DNA from: Sedimentisphaerales bacterium
Lineage (GTDB): Bacteria; Planctomycetota; Phycisphaerae; Sedimentisphaerales; SM23-30
Assembly (NCBI GenBank): GCA_963663965.2
Contig: CAXXFK010000025.1
Coordinates: forward strand, 96,001 to 160,000
Length of the DNA stretch: 64,000 bases
Direction of reading: 5' to 3'
Both the position numbers and the translations under genes were made by a program. Below the pieces are notes generated by a model. The model was not told where the DNA came from. It saw nothing but the letters and a program-made list of their open reading frames with translations, and did no database searches. Positions 38,633 through 50,900 of this stretch are shown piece by piece. Every line of letters begins with the position of its first letter. Within the stretch, counting starts at the first letter, position 1.

Positions 38633-41600
38633 CTATGGGTCGATTTCCAATTGGACCGGGCCAAGCAGGCCGGAGACCGTGGCGCCGCGATAATGGGTTG
38701 GAATCGTGACGTAGTGATTGGCCAGGGTATTATATACAAAAATTTCGATAAGGTTATCTCCTGGTTTTAAAAGGGATGAAAGTTTCAGGCGCCAGGGCGG
38801 GGCCACTTTGACTCCTGCGGACTGGCCGTTGATAAACACTTCGGCTGAAGCTGCGACCTGTCCCAGATCGAGTATTGGATTGGCCTGGATCTGCCGGGCG
38901 GTGAGGCGGATTGTCCGGCGGTACCACGCACCTCCGGAATAGGTTTCGAGTACTCCCATTCTGGACCAGTCTCCCAGTTGTTCAATTTCTCCCGGGCCAC
39001 ATTCAAGTTGGATAAAGTCGCCGAAGGCTGCGCCCCCGTACTCTCCGCGCAGTTGTGCTACCCGCAGGGCGACTACCACCGGATGCCGCGCCGGTTGGGG
39101 TAACTGCGCCTGCACAGAGTTGGCTTCCCTTCGTACCGGCAATAATTGTCCATTTGCCCAAACCTGGACCTGGCCTGGCGTGGGGATCGTCAGAGTGCGC
39201 AGGCCCGGTGGTGCGGTAAAACGATACCAACCTGCCGGCTGCGTTGTTTGGGGCCGGGTATCGAACGGCAGGCGATCGGGATCCTGATACCAGCGTGTGG
39301 CCAGGTCGGTATTCCAGGGCATTTTTTGAGATTCAGCGTGATTGATATCCAGTTGCGGCGGGCCCATCCCATGATTGGCCCATAGACTGTCGTTAAAAGG
39401 AGAGATAATCCGGGCAGACATCCAGGCATTCCTCGTCAAGGTGATATTGGGCCAATCCGCGGGAGCCACTGGTGTGACGAGCCAGGAAGAATCAGTACCC
39501 AAACGTGTGACAGAGCCGTTCTCTTGTTCAATTACGATCTCGGCAATCAACGCCCCCGCATCGCCATCGTTGCGGGCTTTGATGGCAATCGAATTGCTTT
39601 CCTGGTGCAGGGACGCGGTTACATCGTATTCCTGTATGCGGTTCCATGCCGAACCCTGACCGATTTCGCGGCCATTGACATACAGGGTGTAGCCATTATC
39701 GCAAGTAATGCGGATATGACAGGATGCCGGTAACACAGGCAGATCGAATTTGCGGAGGAAATATCGGGTGGCCGCTTCATGTGAGTTGTCGGGATCCCAG
39801 ATCCAGTTGGCAGCTGTTGTGAAAGGATTTTCCTGTTGGTCAATACCCTTTGAGCCGAACAGAAACCATCCGCGGCCTGTCTGGTCATAACGAAGCAGCA
39901 GCGGATTGGATCCCGAATGCAATGTGGCCGAACGAGCTTTGGGGTCCAGAGGTGAACCGTTTAACCAGGCGGCAGTCGGCAGCAGCCCTCCCCGCGAAAC
40001 AGGTGTTTCGTCATGATTGGCAGCGAATACCGTAGTCCAGAGATAATAACGTGTACCGCCCGGTTCTGGTACGCGGTTGCAGTTGGGGTTGCCATGACGA
40101 ATAGCACCCAGCCCGATGAGATCATCCGATACTTGAATTTTGAGGCCATGGTAGCCCTGATGTCCACAATCCTCTTCCATACCATAGCGCCAGGAAAACT
40201 CATACGGTTGCCATTGAAAGGCTTTTCCGGCGACGATAATGGACTTTTCGGGATCGACGGTCTGAAGTTGCGCGAGCACGGCATCCGCATCGGCACTGTC
40301 GGGTAAGGGCCCCAGTTTCCAGAACCGTGGCCCGAATCCGCAGGTTACCGTCCGCCAGGCAGAATCATCGAATTGTGGATCCTGCCAGCCGGGATTGGGC
40401 GTTGTTTCGTCGGCATATTCCAGTCGGCGCGCCTCGGCTCCGATCAGGGCCTGAGTGGGCGGCCAGTGAAAATCGCCAAAGCGGTTATCGAGTGTCGGCT
40501 GTAATTCAAATTCCCAGGGACCATCGAGAGGAATAATCTGCGGGGAGTGATCTGCGTATTCCTTATTTAGAATAGCCGGTCCCGGACTGAACACGATCAG
40601 TTGCATTTCCTTTTCGCCCAGGGGCAGTTTGAGGCGGGTGCCATTGGCATCCTGAGATACGATGGCCAAAGGTTGTATCGTACCGGACCATGGATCCCAG
40701 AGTTCAACCTGGCCGTGACAGCGGAAAAAGACTTCGGTATTTTGGGGCGCATGGTAAACGGCATAAAGATCACGCGGTCCGATCCTGCGATGCAGGATGT
40801 AGCCGGGGCCCTGGTAGTCACGCAGAGGGAGATGGGCGATGATGTTAGAGGTTGAACCAGTGGGAAAGAGTTCTTTGACTAATGCCGCGACTTCAGGATC
40901 ATCGCGTCCGATCCGATCGCTGGCTTCCGGCAGAGCGCCGACGGCCAGAACAATACCGCCGGCACGATGGAATTCGACGGCTTTGAGAAGGGTTGAGTGT
41001 CGCACGGCGCGCATACCGGGCAGGATCAACACGCGATAGCGTTCGCCAGCCACGTGGAGTTCCCGATTAACCACTTGTGCCCGGGCCAGGGACTCGAAAT
41101 CCATAAAATCAAAATCAAAGCCTTCTTGATAAATCTGCTGGGCGGTGTTGAAGGCTGCCTGAACCGCTTCCTGACCCCCAAGATTCGCCTGGACCGGTGC
41201 GACGGGATAAAGAATCGCGACGTCGCAGCGATGGTGTCCCTGACTAAACAAAAAGGCAAGCCGCTGCTGGCAGTCCATGAAACCGCGCAGGTGTTTCCAG
41301 TAGGGCATCCGGAAGGTATTATCCGGCGGCGCCCATTCCCACCAGCCGCCGTGAGTGGAGTAGTACATGCCATGCAGGCCAAGCAGATTGAAGCCCATGG
41401 CATAATTCGCAAAGGTGGCATCCACCAGGCTTGCCGGGGTCGTGCCCCAACCGCTGCCGTAAAATCCTTCCAGCCAGACCCGTGGCCGCTGATACAGGTG
41501 GGCGATGGAGGCGGCTACTTTGGCCTTGATCAGATCCTTGCTCAGATTGGGCTGATCGGCGCCGGGACCCTGATTCCAGCGCTGGGTTCGGAAATAATCG

Positions 41601-42577
41601 CCGAACTCATCCACGCGCCTGCCCCGGCCGCCATGGTCGCAGCCCATTATCATGCCGCGCTGCTGGTGCCATTGGTATACCGGCTGAAAGAAACCCTCTT
41701 CGGTCAAGGCGACTTTCACATCGCTATAGTCCAGACGGATTTTGGGAGTACGCGGGCCGATATCATTAAAGAGAGCGGTCAGTTCGGTGGTAATATCATA
41801 GCCTTTGCGTTGCTGAAACTCCCGGGCGAAATTGGCAGACCAGAGCAGGCCATCGACCCCGAACCCCAGTTCATCTGAGAAGAAGAAGTTCAGACCTTTA
41901 CCCCCTTCGTTGGGGAAATGGTGGTCAAACTGGCCGAAAAAGGCTTCGGCATACAGTTGACCTGACAATGGATGCATAGGATTCAGCGACCAGGGCACGG
42001 TTTCCGGCCGGACCTGGCCATCCGGGTTCAAACGGAGTCGCATGCCGGTGATTTCGGGGTGTGCTTTCAAGAGATCGTCAACGAACCAACCCTGGCCGAA
42101 TCCCAGGGTGTAATCGCTCAGACTGATGCCGGCGCCCTGTTTTTGGGCTTCGGCCATAAACCAGCCGGTCAGGGCCCACCACTGATCAGAAAACAGCGGT
42201 GGATCGCTGGGATAGGTCAGGCCGTAGGTACGCCCGCCTTTATCCGAATGGGCGTAATTGATTTGATAACCGGAAACCCCCATATCCTTCATCTGGTCGA
42301 GTTGCCAGGTTAATCGTTCCCGGGTCAGCGGATCACCCAGCCACCAGTAGAAGGGCACAATACCATAACCCGGAGGGGGAGTTTGAAAACCCGGTTTGAC
42401 ATCGAAATCTGGTTCGCGATGAGGGAATCCAATCGCTCCGGCCGGGGAAGCCTGGGAATCCGATTGGGCACAGAATGATCTATCAGTAATCATGGCTAAA
42501 TGGATACTTAAAATCAATATTCCTAACCATATATTGCGAGCCGTTATCTTATTCCTATCGCGCATTGGTTTCTCCAT
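38633..42577 (-). CDS. Large secreted GH106-like glycoside hydrolase with inserted and C-terminal sugar-binding domains
   Basis: FQTPPPGYGIVPFYWW, FFFSDEL, SIAHLYQRPRVWLE and VELWDPWSG. Insert ANWIW...ITCDNGY.LYVNG. C-terminal LDLGQV..SAEVFING...SGLLGPV. Confidence 0.75.
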   Translation of the reverse strand: MEKPMRDRNKITARNIWLGILILSIHLAMITDRSFCAQSDSQASPAGAIGFPHREPDFDVKPGFQTPPPGYGIVPFYWWLGDPLTRERLTWQLDQMKDMGVSGYQINYAHSDKGGRTYGLTYPSDPPLFSDQWWALTGWFMAEAQKQGAGISLSDYTLGFGQGWFVDDLLKAHPEITGMRLRLNPDGQVRPETVPWSLNPMHPLSGQLYAEAFFGQFDHHFPNEGGKGLNFFFSDELGFGVDGLLWSANFAREFQQRKGYDITTELTALFNDIGPRTPKIRLDYSDVKVALTEEGFFQPVYQWHQQRGMIMGCDHGGRGRRVDEFGDYFRTQRWNQGPGADQPNLSKDLIKAKVAASIAHLYQRPRVWLEGFYGSGWGTTPASLVDATFANYAMGFNLLGLHGMYYSTHGGWWEWAPPDNTFRMPYWKHLRGFMDCQQRLAFLFSQGHHRCDVAILYPVAPVQANLGGQEAVQAAFNTAQQIYQEGFDFDFMDFESLARAQVVNRELHVAGERYRVLILPGMRAVRHSTLLKAVEFHRAGGIVLAVGALPEASDRIGRDDPEVAALVKELFPTGSTSNIIAHLPLRDYQGPGYILHRRIGPRDLYAVYHAPQNTEVFFRCHGQVELWDPWSGTIQPLAIVSQDANGTRLKLPLGEKEMQLIVFSPGPAILNKEYADHSPQIIPLDGPWEFELQPTLDNRFGDFHWPPTQALIGAEARRLEYADETTPNPGWQDPQFDDSAWRTVTCGFGPRFWKLGPLPDSADADAVLAQLQTVDPEKSIIVAGKAFQWQPYEFSWRYGMEEDCGHQGYHGLKIQVSDDLIGLGAIRHGNPNCNRVPEPGGTRYYLWTTVFAANHDETPVSRGGLLPTAAWLNGSPLDPKARSATLHSGSNPLLLRYDQTGRGWFLFGSKGIDQQENPFTTAANWIWDPDNSHEAATRYFLRKFDLPVLPASCHIRITCDNGYTLYVNGREIGQGSAWNRIQEYDVTASLHQESNSIAIKARNDGDAGALIAEIVIEQENGSVTRLGTDSSWLVTPVAPADWPNITLTRNAWMSARIISPFNDSLWANHGMGPPQLDINHAESQKMPWNTDLATRWYQDPDRLPFDTRPQTTQPAGWYRFTAPPGLRTLTIPTPGQVQVWANGQLLPVRREANSVQAQLPQPARHPVVVALRVAQLRGEYGGAAFGDFIQLECGPGEIEQLGDWSRMGVLETYSGGAWYRRTIRLTARQIQANPILDLGQVAASAEVFINGQSAGVKVAPPWRLKLSSLLKPGDNLIEIFVYNTLANHYVTIPTHYRGATVSGLLGPVQLEIDP

Positions 42578-43108
42578 TATTCTTATACGGCGTTTTCATA
42601 GTGTTCAGATTAGGATCATTGACTAAAATCATGTACAGGATTTTATATCCTTTGGAGATTATTATGACTTAAACATAGTGACGCAATATAAAAACGCTAT
42701 GGTTGCCTATTGGTTTCTTGCTTACTTACAATTGTTTATTCAGGCCCCTTAACGATTTCCTGATAGAGTCTCAGAGGAATAGCAGTTTCAAATATGAATA
42801 ATCAGGTCGTGTGCATTATTATGAAAACAAGAAAAATATAATAAGATAGTCGATTGTAACTTATTGCCAGTGAAAGGATTGTGACAAAAGAAGGAGTCCG
42901 GTGGTCAAGGAGGCGCCAATTTTTTTTAAAAAACTGGTAAAAAATGGCAGGTTCAGGATAGATACTGGCATAGGATATAGTGAATCTGTTCTATTTAACC
43001 AGATCATAAGGATAGATTCATCGGAAGAGAGAATAAAATCAGTTTAAGCCGTTAAGGCGGCCTTAGCCGTATTTCTGTGTTCCAAAATTATTGTGACGGA
43101 AGAAGCCA

Positions 43109-43633
43109 GTGGATGAAAATCCCAAACAGTCCGAGCAGTTTTTAAAGCTGTTGATGTTGAACGATCGGCGGATTTATGCCTATATTCTGACGATCGTACC
43201 AAATTCCAATGATGCCGATGATATCATGCAGGAGGTTTCGTCGGTGATGTGGCGGAAGTTCGATGATTTCAAGCCGGGTATGGATTTTGCGGCGTGGGGA
43301 ATGACCATCGCGCGGTACCAGATTCTCAGTTATTTTAAGAAGCGTAAAGGTGACAAACTGCATTTTGATGATGACCTGATCGATTCGATCGGCCGCAAGA
43401 CCATCGAGGCGTTACCGGAGATGGAAGACCGGTTGCGGGCTTTGAAAAAATGTGTGAAGAAACTGGAAGATACGGATCGGGATATTCTGCAAATGCGTTA
43501 TGAGAAGAACTTTACGTTGCAGAATATCGGGGCGCATTTGTCCAAGTCGACCCGCGCGGCCTATTACGCGCTGGTCAGGATACACCGGAATCTGATGCAT
43601 TGTATCCGCATGACAATGGCGGAAGAAAATTGA
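43109..43633 (+). CDS. ECF sigma-70 factor (planctomycete/verrucomicrobial type)
   Basis: IYAYI...DADDIMQEV...W.KF..F....F.AW...IAR (region 2) and a C-terminal HTH (region 4). Confidence 0.92.
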   Translation: MDENPKQSEQFLKLLMLNDRRIYAYILTIVPNSNDADDIMQEVSSVMWRKFDDFKPGMDFAAWGMTIARYQILSYFKKRKGDKLHFDDDLIDSIGRKTIEALPEMEDRLRALKKCVKKLEDTDRDILQMRYEKNFTLQNIGAHLSKSTRAAYYALVRIHRNLMHCIRMTMAEEN

Positions 43634-43635
43634 TT

Positions 43636-45318
43636 ATGACACCGGAAGATGACATTTACATTTTAACGATGGACTCGATACTGGGGCAGGCTGACGCGGA
43701 TCAGCAACGCCGCCTGGCGGAGTTATTGCGCGACGAGGCCAACCAGGATATTTATGTCGATTTTATTGTGACTTACGTGCTGTTATCGCGCCGGAGCGGC
43801 AGTTCGCTTTTTGTAGAAGATATGACCAATGGCGCGTTAAACCAATATGTTTTGAAAATGCTGGAAGAAGAAGAGAGAACGGCTCCGGTTATTCCAGTGG
43901 TGACGACTCCGCCTCTGACAGAACCGGCACGAGTGCCGCGCGCGAAGATCACCCGACAAGGTATGGCTCGTTTCATCTGGCGCGCCGCGGCGGTTATTCT
44001 GCTTTGTCTGGGCGTATTGTGGTTCGATCGATACATCATGAATACCGGGCAACAGCGTAATCCGGTTATAGTAGGCACTTTAGTCGATCAGGTGGGGGCC
44101 GAGTGGGCGGAGGCCAGTATCAAGCGTGCGCCTGGTGACATGGTCTGGAGTGGCGACTATGCGTTACAGAAGGGTGTTGTCGAGATTTTATTCGAAAACG
44201 GCGCCCGGACATTGATCGAAGCGCCGGCCCGTTTTGAATTAATCGCGCGGGACCGGATCCAACTGGATCGTGGCCGGCTGTATGCCCGTGTGCCCCGCCC
44301 GGCGATTGGTTTTACCGTGGATACCAGCAACAGCCGGATTATCGATATGGGTACTGAATTTGGAGTGCTGGTTAATGACGGATTTGAGACGGAACTGCAT
44401 GTGTTAAAAGGAAGCACCCATCTGATCAGCGGTACCGTTCGTCAGGACAAGAAAAGCCTGGTGGTCCCTGCCGGCGAGGCCCGGCGAATTGCCTCCGATG
44501 GCGGCATGGTAAACGAGATTCCATTGAAACAAAAAGAATTTGTACAGTATATCGACAGTCAGAATGAAGTGGCCTGGAACGGGCAAGACCTGGATTTAGC
44601 CGATCTGGTGGGCGGGGGCACTGGATTCGGCTCTGGCCAGGTTGGATTTGAGATCGACATGGAAACGGGCCGGATCGGACAGGCATTTGACGTGGGAACC
44701 GTTGCGGCAATGGGTTTTGTGCCTTGTGAAACCAATGCCATGATTGACGGTGTGTTTATCCCTGATGGCAGTGACGGCCCGGTACCAATTAGCAGTACCG
44801 GTCTGCTTTACGATAAATGTCCGAAAACCAACGGAACTGGCTGGGGGAATGTCCGGAATGGATACTGGCGGGCTTTGAACAATGTTGAGGTGGATGGCCG
44901 CTGGAGTCTGGACGGGACAGAATATGGAGTCGCGGAACGATCCGCGATCTATATGCATTCCAATAAGGGGATCACTTTTGACTTGCAGGCGATTCGAGGG
45001 CGTTACCCGTTTATTCAGTTATCAGGTTTTTCGACCCGTTGCGGATTGGCGGATAATGCGGTGGTTGCAGAAGATGAGGGTGACGCATTACCGCGGGCCA
45101 GTTTTTTTGTGCTGGTAGACGGCCGGGAAGTATTCCGGCGGGATAACTGTCAGATATCGGATGATGGTGATGATATTACTATCCCGCTAACTGTAGAGGA
45201 TCGTTTTTTGACATTGATGCTGACCAATGGCAAAGACAACCGCACGCGCTGGGACTGGGGATTATTTGCCCGGCCGACATTGCAGGTAATCCCAACAGGA
45301 GAACGACAAACGCCTTAG
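43636..45318 (+). CDS. FecR-type transmembrane anti-sigma factor with C-terminal NPCBM-like domain
   Basis: Starts just after the sigma gene. TM segment, FecR motifs (GFTVDT...IIDMGTEFGV) and C-terminal ITFDL...FVLVDG...DRFLTL...DWG.FA.P.L. Confidence 0.87.
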   Translation: MTPEDDIYILTMDSILGQADADQQRRLAELLRDEANQDIYVDFIVTYVLLSRRSGSSLFVEDMTNGALNQYVLKMLEEEERTAPVIPVVTTPPLTEPARVPRAKITRQGMARFIWRAAAVILLCLGVLWFDRYIMNTGQQRNPVIVGTLVDQVGAEWAEASIKRAPGDMVWSGDYALQKGVVEILFENGARTLIEAPARFELIARDRIQLDRGRLYARVPRPAIGFTVDTSNSRIIDMGTEFGVLVNDGFETELHVLKGSTHLISGTVRQDKKSLVVPAGEARRIASDGGMVNEIPLKQKEFVQYIDSQNEVAWNGQDLDLADLVGGGTGFGSGQVGFEIDMETGRIGQAFDVGTVAAMGFVPCETNAMIDGVFIPDGSDGPVPISSTGLLYDKCPKTNGTGWGNVRNGYWRALNNVEVDGRWSLDGTEYGVAERSAIYMHSNKGITFDLQAIRGRYPFIQLSGFSTRCGLADNAVVAEDEGDALPRASFFVLVDGREVFRRDNCQISDDGDDITIPLTVEDRFLTLMLTNGKDNRTRWDWGLFARPTLQVIPTGERQTP

Positions 45319-45554
45319 TCTTGTCAGGCAATACAAAGGAGAATGTCAATGGAAATCGATAGATATATAATATTTAACTTTATCGCCGTATACGGTCGGC
45401 CTGTTTTGGTGTATGCGGATAACGCTATGAGCAAAACCGCATCCGGGAAAGGGGGTGGTGGTTCTAAGTGTTTAAAATTTCAGGTGTATGATTTGTGTCT
45501 TGACGGCAAGGACAAATCGTTATTTTCAGGTCCATTTGATGAAAGGATGACAAA

Positions 45555-47000
45555 ATGAAGAAGTATGCAATGTTAATGATGTTAGTGGTGTTGGGGTGTT
45601 TGGTGGGAATGGCAATGGCGGAAGCGTTCCAGGTGCAGGCGACGGCCGACGTGGAGTATGGCAATGATGGACCGGGTAGTAGTACCTTGGGGCCGACTAG
45701 TCGATCGAATGGCTCAGGACTGGGAATTCGCAATTTAGGCGCGCCACGTCGTCGCGTCGCGGTGATCAGCTATAATATTTCCGCAGCAAAAGTTCCCGGT
45801 AAGGTGTTTAAAGATGTATTTTTCAGCATTTTAGGTACAAAAGACAATAAAGGAGAATTGTCAATATTTGGAGTTAAAGAAGCGTTGGATGATTATGATG
45901 TCAATTCAGGGAGTTGGAGTACGTGTCCAGGTTTAGCCAATGATCCGCTGCCTGAATTAAATACTCCCATATCGCTGGAAACGTTAGATTTAAACGATTT
46001 ATCTCAAGAATTAGTTACTTTTACGGGTATCCAAAATGGTTCGCGTATCAGTACGGAACCAAGCCTGGCGCTGGATGATTTTATCAACAGTGATACCGAT
46101 GGCATTTTGCTGTTCCTGATTGTGGGTTTGCATGAGGAAACGGATAACGCGATTATCCGTCCAATCAACTATACCACGGCCGGAACGGGTTATGGCGATC
46201 CGGAGATGCATGGTGTCGTGCTGGCAGGTGAACTGATGGTGCCGACCTGGGCCAATACTCCTACGCCGGCCAATAATGCCACGGTGTCGACGGCAGCCAG
46301 TGCATTATCCTGGACCAATCCGGAACCGAATCTGCCGGAAGGCGAGATTACCTGTGATGTGTATTTTGGCACCGACCCCAACGAGTTACTGCCCAATTAT
46401 GGTTTGACGCTGGTCGAAGGCGCGTCGGGCATTTCTGAAACCAGCATAGCCATGCCGGTTGAGTTGGAAGCGTTCCAGACCTATTACTGGCTGGTCAATG
46501 TGCATGACAGCAGCCGCGATCCTGAATTGACCGAAGGTTTGCTGTGGACATTCAATACCAACAACAAAGCGCCGGTTGTGACTGCTGCTGATGATGCATA
46601 TATCTGGCTGAATAATGCCGGCGACCCGGCAACTGCAACAGCTCCGTTGATCGGTACCGTTAAAGATGACGGTCTGCCGGATAACAGCTATACCGTGAAA
46701 TGGACCCAGACCAGCGGTCCTGAAGTCGTCATCGATCCCAATGATGTCACCAGTACTTCGGTTGTTCTGCCGGAAGCCGGCACTTATGTATTCCGCCTGA
46801 CTGCCAATGACGGTGATCTGAGCGGATTCGATGAAATCCAGATTATGGTCGCTGAAACCCCGTGTCTGGCTGCCAAGGCGAAGCCGGGATATACTCCCTT
46901 TGAATCAGACCTGGATGGTGACTGTCTGGTGAGTCTGACTGACCTGGCCATTATGGTATCCGAGTGGCTCAACTGTAACAGTCTGGCGCCATGTTACTGA
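45555..47000 (+). CDS. Secreted PKD-like protein with dockerin-like C-terminus
   Basis: GAAAGGA RBS and signal peptide. DVYFGTDPN...TYYWLV, DDGLP...WTQTSGP...GTYVFRLTANDG and DLDGDCLVSLTDL...WL. Confidence 0.85.
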   Translation: MKKYAMLMMLVVLGCLVGMAMAEAFQVQATADVEYGNDGPGSSTLGPTSRSNGSGLGIRNLGAPRRRVAVISYNISAAKVPGKVFKDVFFSILGTKDNKGELSIFGVKEALDDYDVNSGSWSTCPGLANDPLPELNTPISLETLDLNDLSQELVTFTGIQNGSRISTEPSLALDDFINSDTDGILLFLIVGLHEETDNAIIRPINYTTAGTGYGDPEMHGVVLAGELMVPTWANTPTPANNATVSTAASALSWTNPEPNLPEGEITCDVYFGTDPNELLPNYGLTLVEGASGISETSIAMPVELEAFQTYYWLVNVHDSSRDPELTEGLLWTFNTNNKAPVVTAADDAYIWLNNAGDPATATAPLIGTVKDDGLPDNSYTVKWTQTSGPEVVIDPNDVTSTSVVLPEAGTYVFRLTANDGDLSGFDEIQIMVAETPCLAAKAKPGYTPFESDLDGDCLVSLTDLAIMVSEWLNCNSLAPCY

Positions 47001-47987
47001 AATTAAATGATTTGTAATTTGTAACTACCAAAGTGACTGGTATGGGGTCAATCTTAATCGATTGGCCCCGTACTTTTTTCGGGCGGGTAATAGCTTTCGT
47101 TAACTTGTTGTAAATTAATGGGATATGTGGTTTTTGGTCTATAGAGTAATTTTGGGGTATTAAAATCCGTAGAAGGGCCGCCCGGTAATTGCCATGGAAT
47201 AGATAGGGTTTCAATGTCTCCATGTTGTTTTGGCGCATTCATTGGTTATTCTACTCCTTATCACAGACTGATGCCTGGACAGCCATTTCTGACTTCATGG
47301 TTGGCCTGGATGAGTGCTCTGTTATATCTACAGTATAATCAATACGTTACAGTTCTGATGAGTTTATTCGAACAAAGCTTATGACCAGTCCGGCGGGATG
47401 GCGGATTCATTATTTTTCTTTTTTCCTATTGTTTTAATGCCGACAATAAGTATAATGAACATTATTGTCATTTATGGAATTTTCAGGTTTTAAGCAGTTA
47501 ATTATAAGCCTGTTATTGCATTTTCCAGATAGTGATGTTGCCTGTATTGATAGTTGAAGAATTTATTGACGAGACCTTAATCAGGATATCTAAAGCGGTA
47601 AATTCAGACTATCAGGCAGCTGACTTATGATCGAAAAGAAATCGCAGGAGAAAAACCATTTTTTTCGGAAAATGGCCGGTTGTTTGGGGACTCGTAGGCC
47701 CGATGGCAACCTGCCTGTTTTGCTGCATTGCGATAGCACTCGTATGTAGTTATTTTTGTGCTGGAAAGGAGAATGTGCCACTCAAATTAAGTTTCTGGGT
47801 TTAAATTACGGTATTGAATGAGCCAATAATATATATGTCTTGATAACCTTGGAATACAGGAGGTTGCCAGTCAAATTTGGCGTTAAGAGGTTTAAACATT
47901 CAGATACCGTTCGACAGAAAATGTATAGCGAAACCGAAATCTGTTAATTCCCAATAATCATTCAAACAACTTTTCAAAGGGAGATAT

Positions 47988-50900
47988 TTGAAAATGAATA
48001 GATTAAAACTGTTCTTAATTTTGTCGGTCACTCTGGCTTTTTTGGTTAGTCCCATCGTTGCCGCGCCTCTATCTACGGTAATTTATCAGGATACATTTAC
48101 CAGTGACGGTACGATTCGTTTGCCCGGGAGTTCACCGAATAATACGCCCATGGGTGATTCCGCGTTACGATGGAAAGCGTATAACAACTTTAAATTTGCT
48201 GAAGTAAATGGTAACAATGTAGTTCTTACCCTTGGTGCTGGTGAGGACTATTCGGCCATGTTGGATACCGATCTGTCGGCTATTAAAGGCACGATTCGGA
48301 TTGAGGCGGATATTATGCCTTATACTTCCGGCACCAATAAAACGAACTGGGCCAGAATTGGTTTTCAGACCGAAACGGTGCCGGCAAAGTACAGTACTTC
48401 CGATACTGCCGAAACCTGGATGTTGTTCCGCGCCAACGGCGGTTACCAGATTTTTTACAATGGCACAAACACTGGCGGCGATTCAGTGCCCGGCTATACC
48501 CTGGGAACTGTAGCTAATGTGAGTATTACTTTCAATGCCATAACCGGCGAAACCACCTATATGATCAACAACAATGTGCTTGCGACCGTTAATTTGTCGG
48601 GCACCGCGTTTATGACTGCCGCCAAACGCCCCTTCTTCGGGACTCACGATGTTGATCAGTATTTCGATAATTTCACCATATCGATGGAAGGCGCCACTAC
48701 CGCGCTGGTCAATCCCAGCCCGGCGCCGGTCCGGGTGCCTGTTGACTACGAATTAAACTGGGTTTCAGAACCCTCCGGAGGCAGTACTTTTACTTATGAT
48801 GTTTATCTGGGCACTGATTTGGCACAGGTCGCCAATCGCAACAGCGCCGTCCGGATTGCGGAAGGATTGTCTGTTACCAGCTACAGTCCTGCGCTGGATT
48901 ATGAAACCACCTATTATTGGCTGGTCGATACCCTGATCGACGGCGATCCCAATCATCCCACTGCCGTGGGTAGTTTTTCGACGGACTATGAAGAGCAGAA
49001 ATGGACCAACAGTCATTGGATGACGGATGCCGATCTGCCGTTAAGTTTTGGTAAATTCTATACCCATGCGGTGAAATTCAATGCCGCCAGCGAAGAGATT
49101 CCGATCACCGTTAAGGGGATCGTCTTCGAGCCGGCTACCGATCGGGGGGAAGTCGGCGACAGTTGGGTGATGACCGGGGCAGCCGGGCATCATGAAGGTT
49201 CTACGCCCTTTACGGGGACTGGCGAAGGGCGCATGCTGGCCGGCCGTTTCTTCTATGGCTCGCCGGCTACGATTACCATGAATGGTTTGACTCCCGGCGT
49301 TCAATACCGCACGACTCTTTATTCGTTCAGTTGGGGACTCCAGGGCGCCCGTGTGATTCAGGTGGGCACCAGTGGTGATAATCAAGTTAACCTGCTGGAT
49401 GAAAATTACAGCGCCGACACGATCGGCCGTTTGTTCTATTACACCTATACCGCGCCGGAATCGGGCAGTCTGACTCTCAGTTTCGATCAGACGGTTTACA
49501 ATTCCGCCTGGCATCATTATGCCTTCAGTAACGAATTGTATACACCGGTTTACCTGGATCCCACGCCGGCGCCGGGTGGCGATGGTACTCCGAATATCAC
49601 TTTATCCTGGCAGCAACAGGGAGAGGTCGAAGGAACCGTCACTTACAATCTGAAAGTTGCCACCGATCCCAATATGGTCAATCTGGTTGATGATAAGGCC
49701 GGCTTAAACAGCACCTCTTATCCGATCAGTCTTTCCCCGGATACCCAGTATTACTGGACGGTTGCCATAGCCCAGAATGGAACGGTGATCTATACCAGTC
49801 CGGTCTGGGACTTCATTACGACCCCGCAACCTCCCAAGAAATGGACCAGTACCTCCTGGATGAGTGATGACGACCTGCCGTTGAGTTTCGGCAAGACCTA
49901 CACCCATCTGGTCAATCTGAATACCAATGAATTGGTATCAACCTCTGTCAAAGGGATCTTGTTCGAAAACGATTCCGACAAGACCGGCGCCAACTGGTCA
50001 GTGGTTGCTCCCAATCCGCATAGTGAAGTTCGTTTCACCGGTACCGGTGATGGCCAGGCGCTGGTCAGCAGCTTTTTCTATGGCAACGGCGAACTGGCCT
50101 TGACCGGCCTGACTCCGGGCGTTGAATACCGGACGACTCTTTATACCTATGGTTTCGGTGATATTGGCGGGCGCTTTAACCGGGTGACTGCCAGCGATGA
50201 TGGTCAGTTCGAGATACTCGATGGCAATATGGATGGCAACGGCAAGGGCCGTTTGTTCCACTATACTTATGTGGCGCCGGAATCGGGGGCCCTGACACTG
50301 ACCTTTACCGCGTTAACAGGCGATACCTGGCATCAATATGCCTTCAGCAATGAAGAATATGCCCCGGTATATCTGGATCCCACGCCCCTGTCCGGGGTTG
50401 AAATGTTCCCCAGCCAGCTGAGCTGGAAACTTAACGGTGAAGTGGCCGAGCCGGTTACCTATAACCTGACGGTTGCCACCGATCCCAACCTGGTCAATCA
50501 AGTAATCAACGAAACCGGCTGGACGCCTACCAGTTACGCGGTCAGTCTGACTCCTAATACCCGTTACTATTGGTCCGTGGCAGTGGTTGAAGATGGTACG
50601 GTGATCTATACCAGCCCGGTTTGGAATTTCCTGAATACGATTCCTCCCTATGCCAATAAGGTTTTGGAATGGACATTCGATGAAACGGGCGGTCCGATCG
50701 CCGATCAAACCGGTCCCAGCGATGACGCCGATGGTATTCTGACCGGATTCATTGATCCGAACAGCACGGTTCGCAGCGCGGGTCTGGTGAATACCTGTAT
50801 CCGGCTGAATGGCGCCAGTGAGCGTGAATTTGTCGATATCAGCAATGCGGCGCCTTATATGCCTACGGGTGATGAACAGGCGTTTGCCATTTCCGGTTAT

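Noticed and set aside
42980..43021. Imperfect hairpin upstream of the ECF sigma gene as a riboswitch
   Set aside because: No recognisable riboswitch consensus. A single imperfect stem is not enough.
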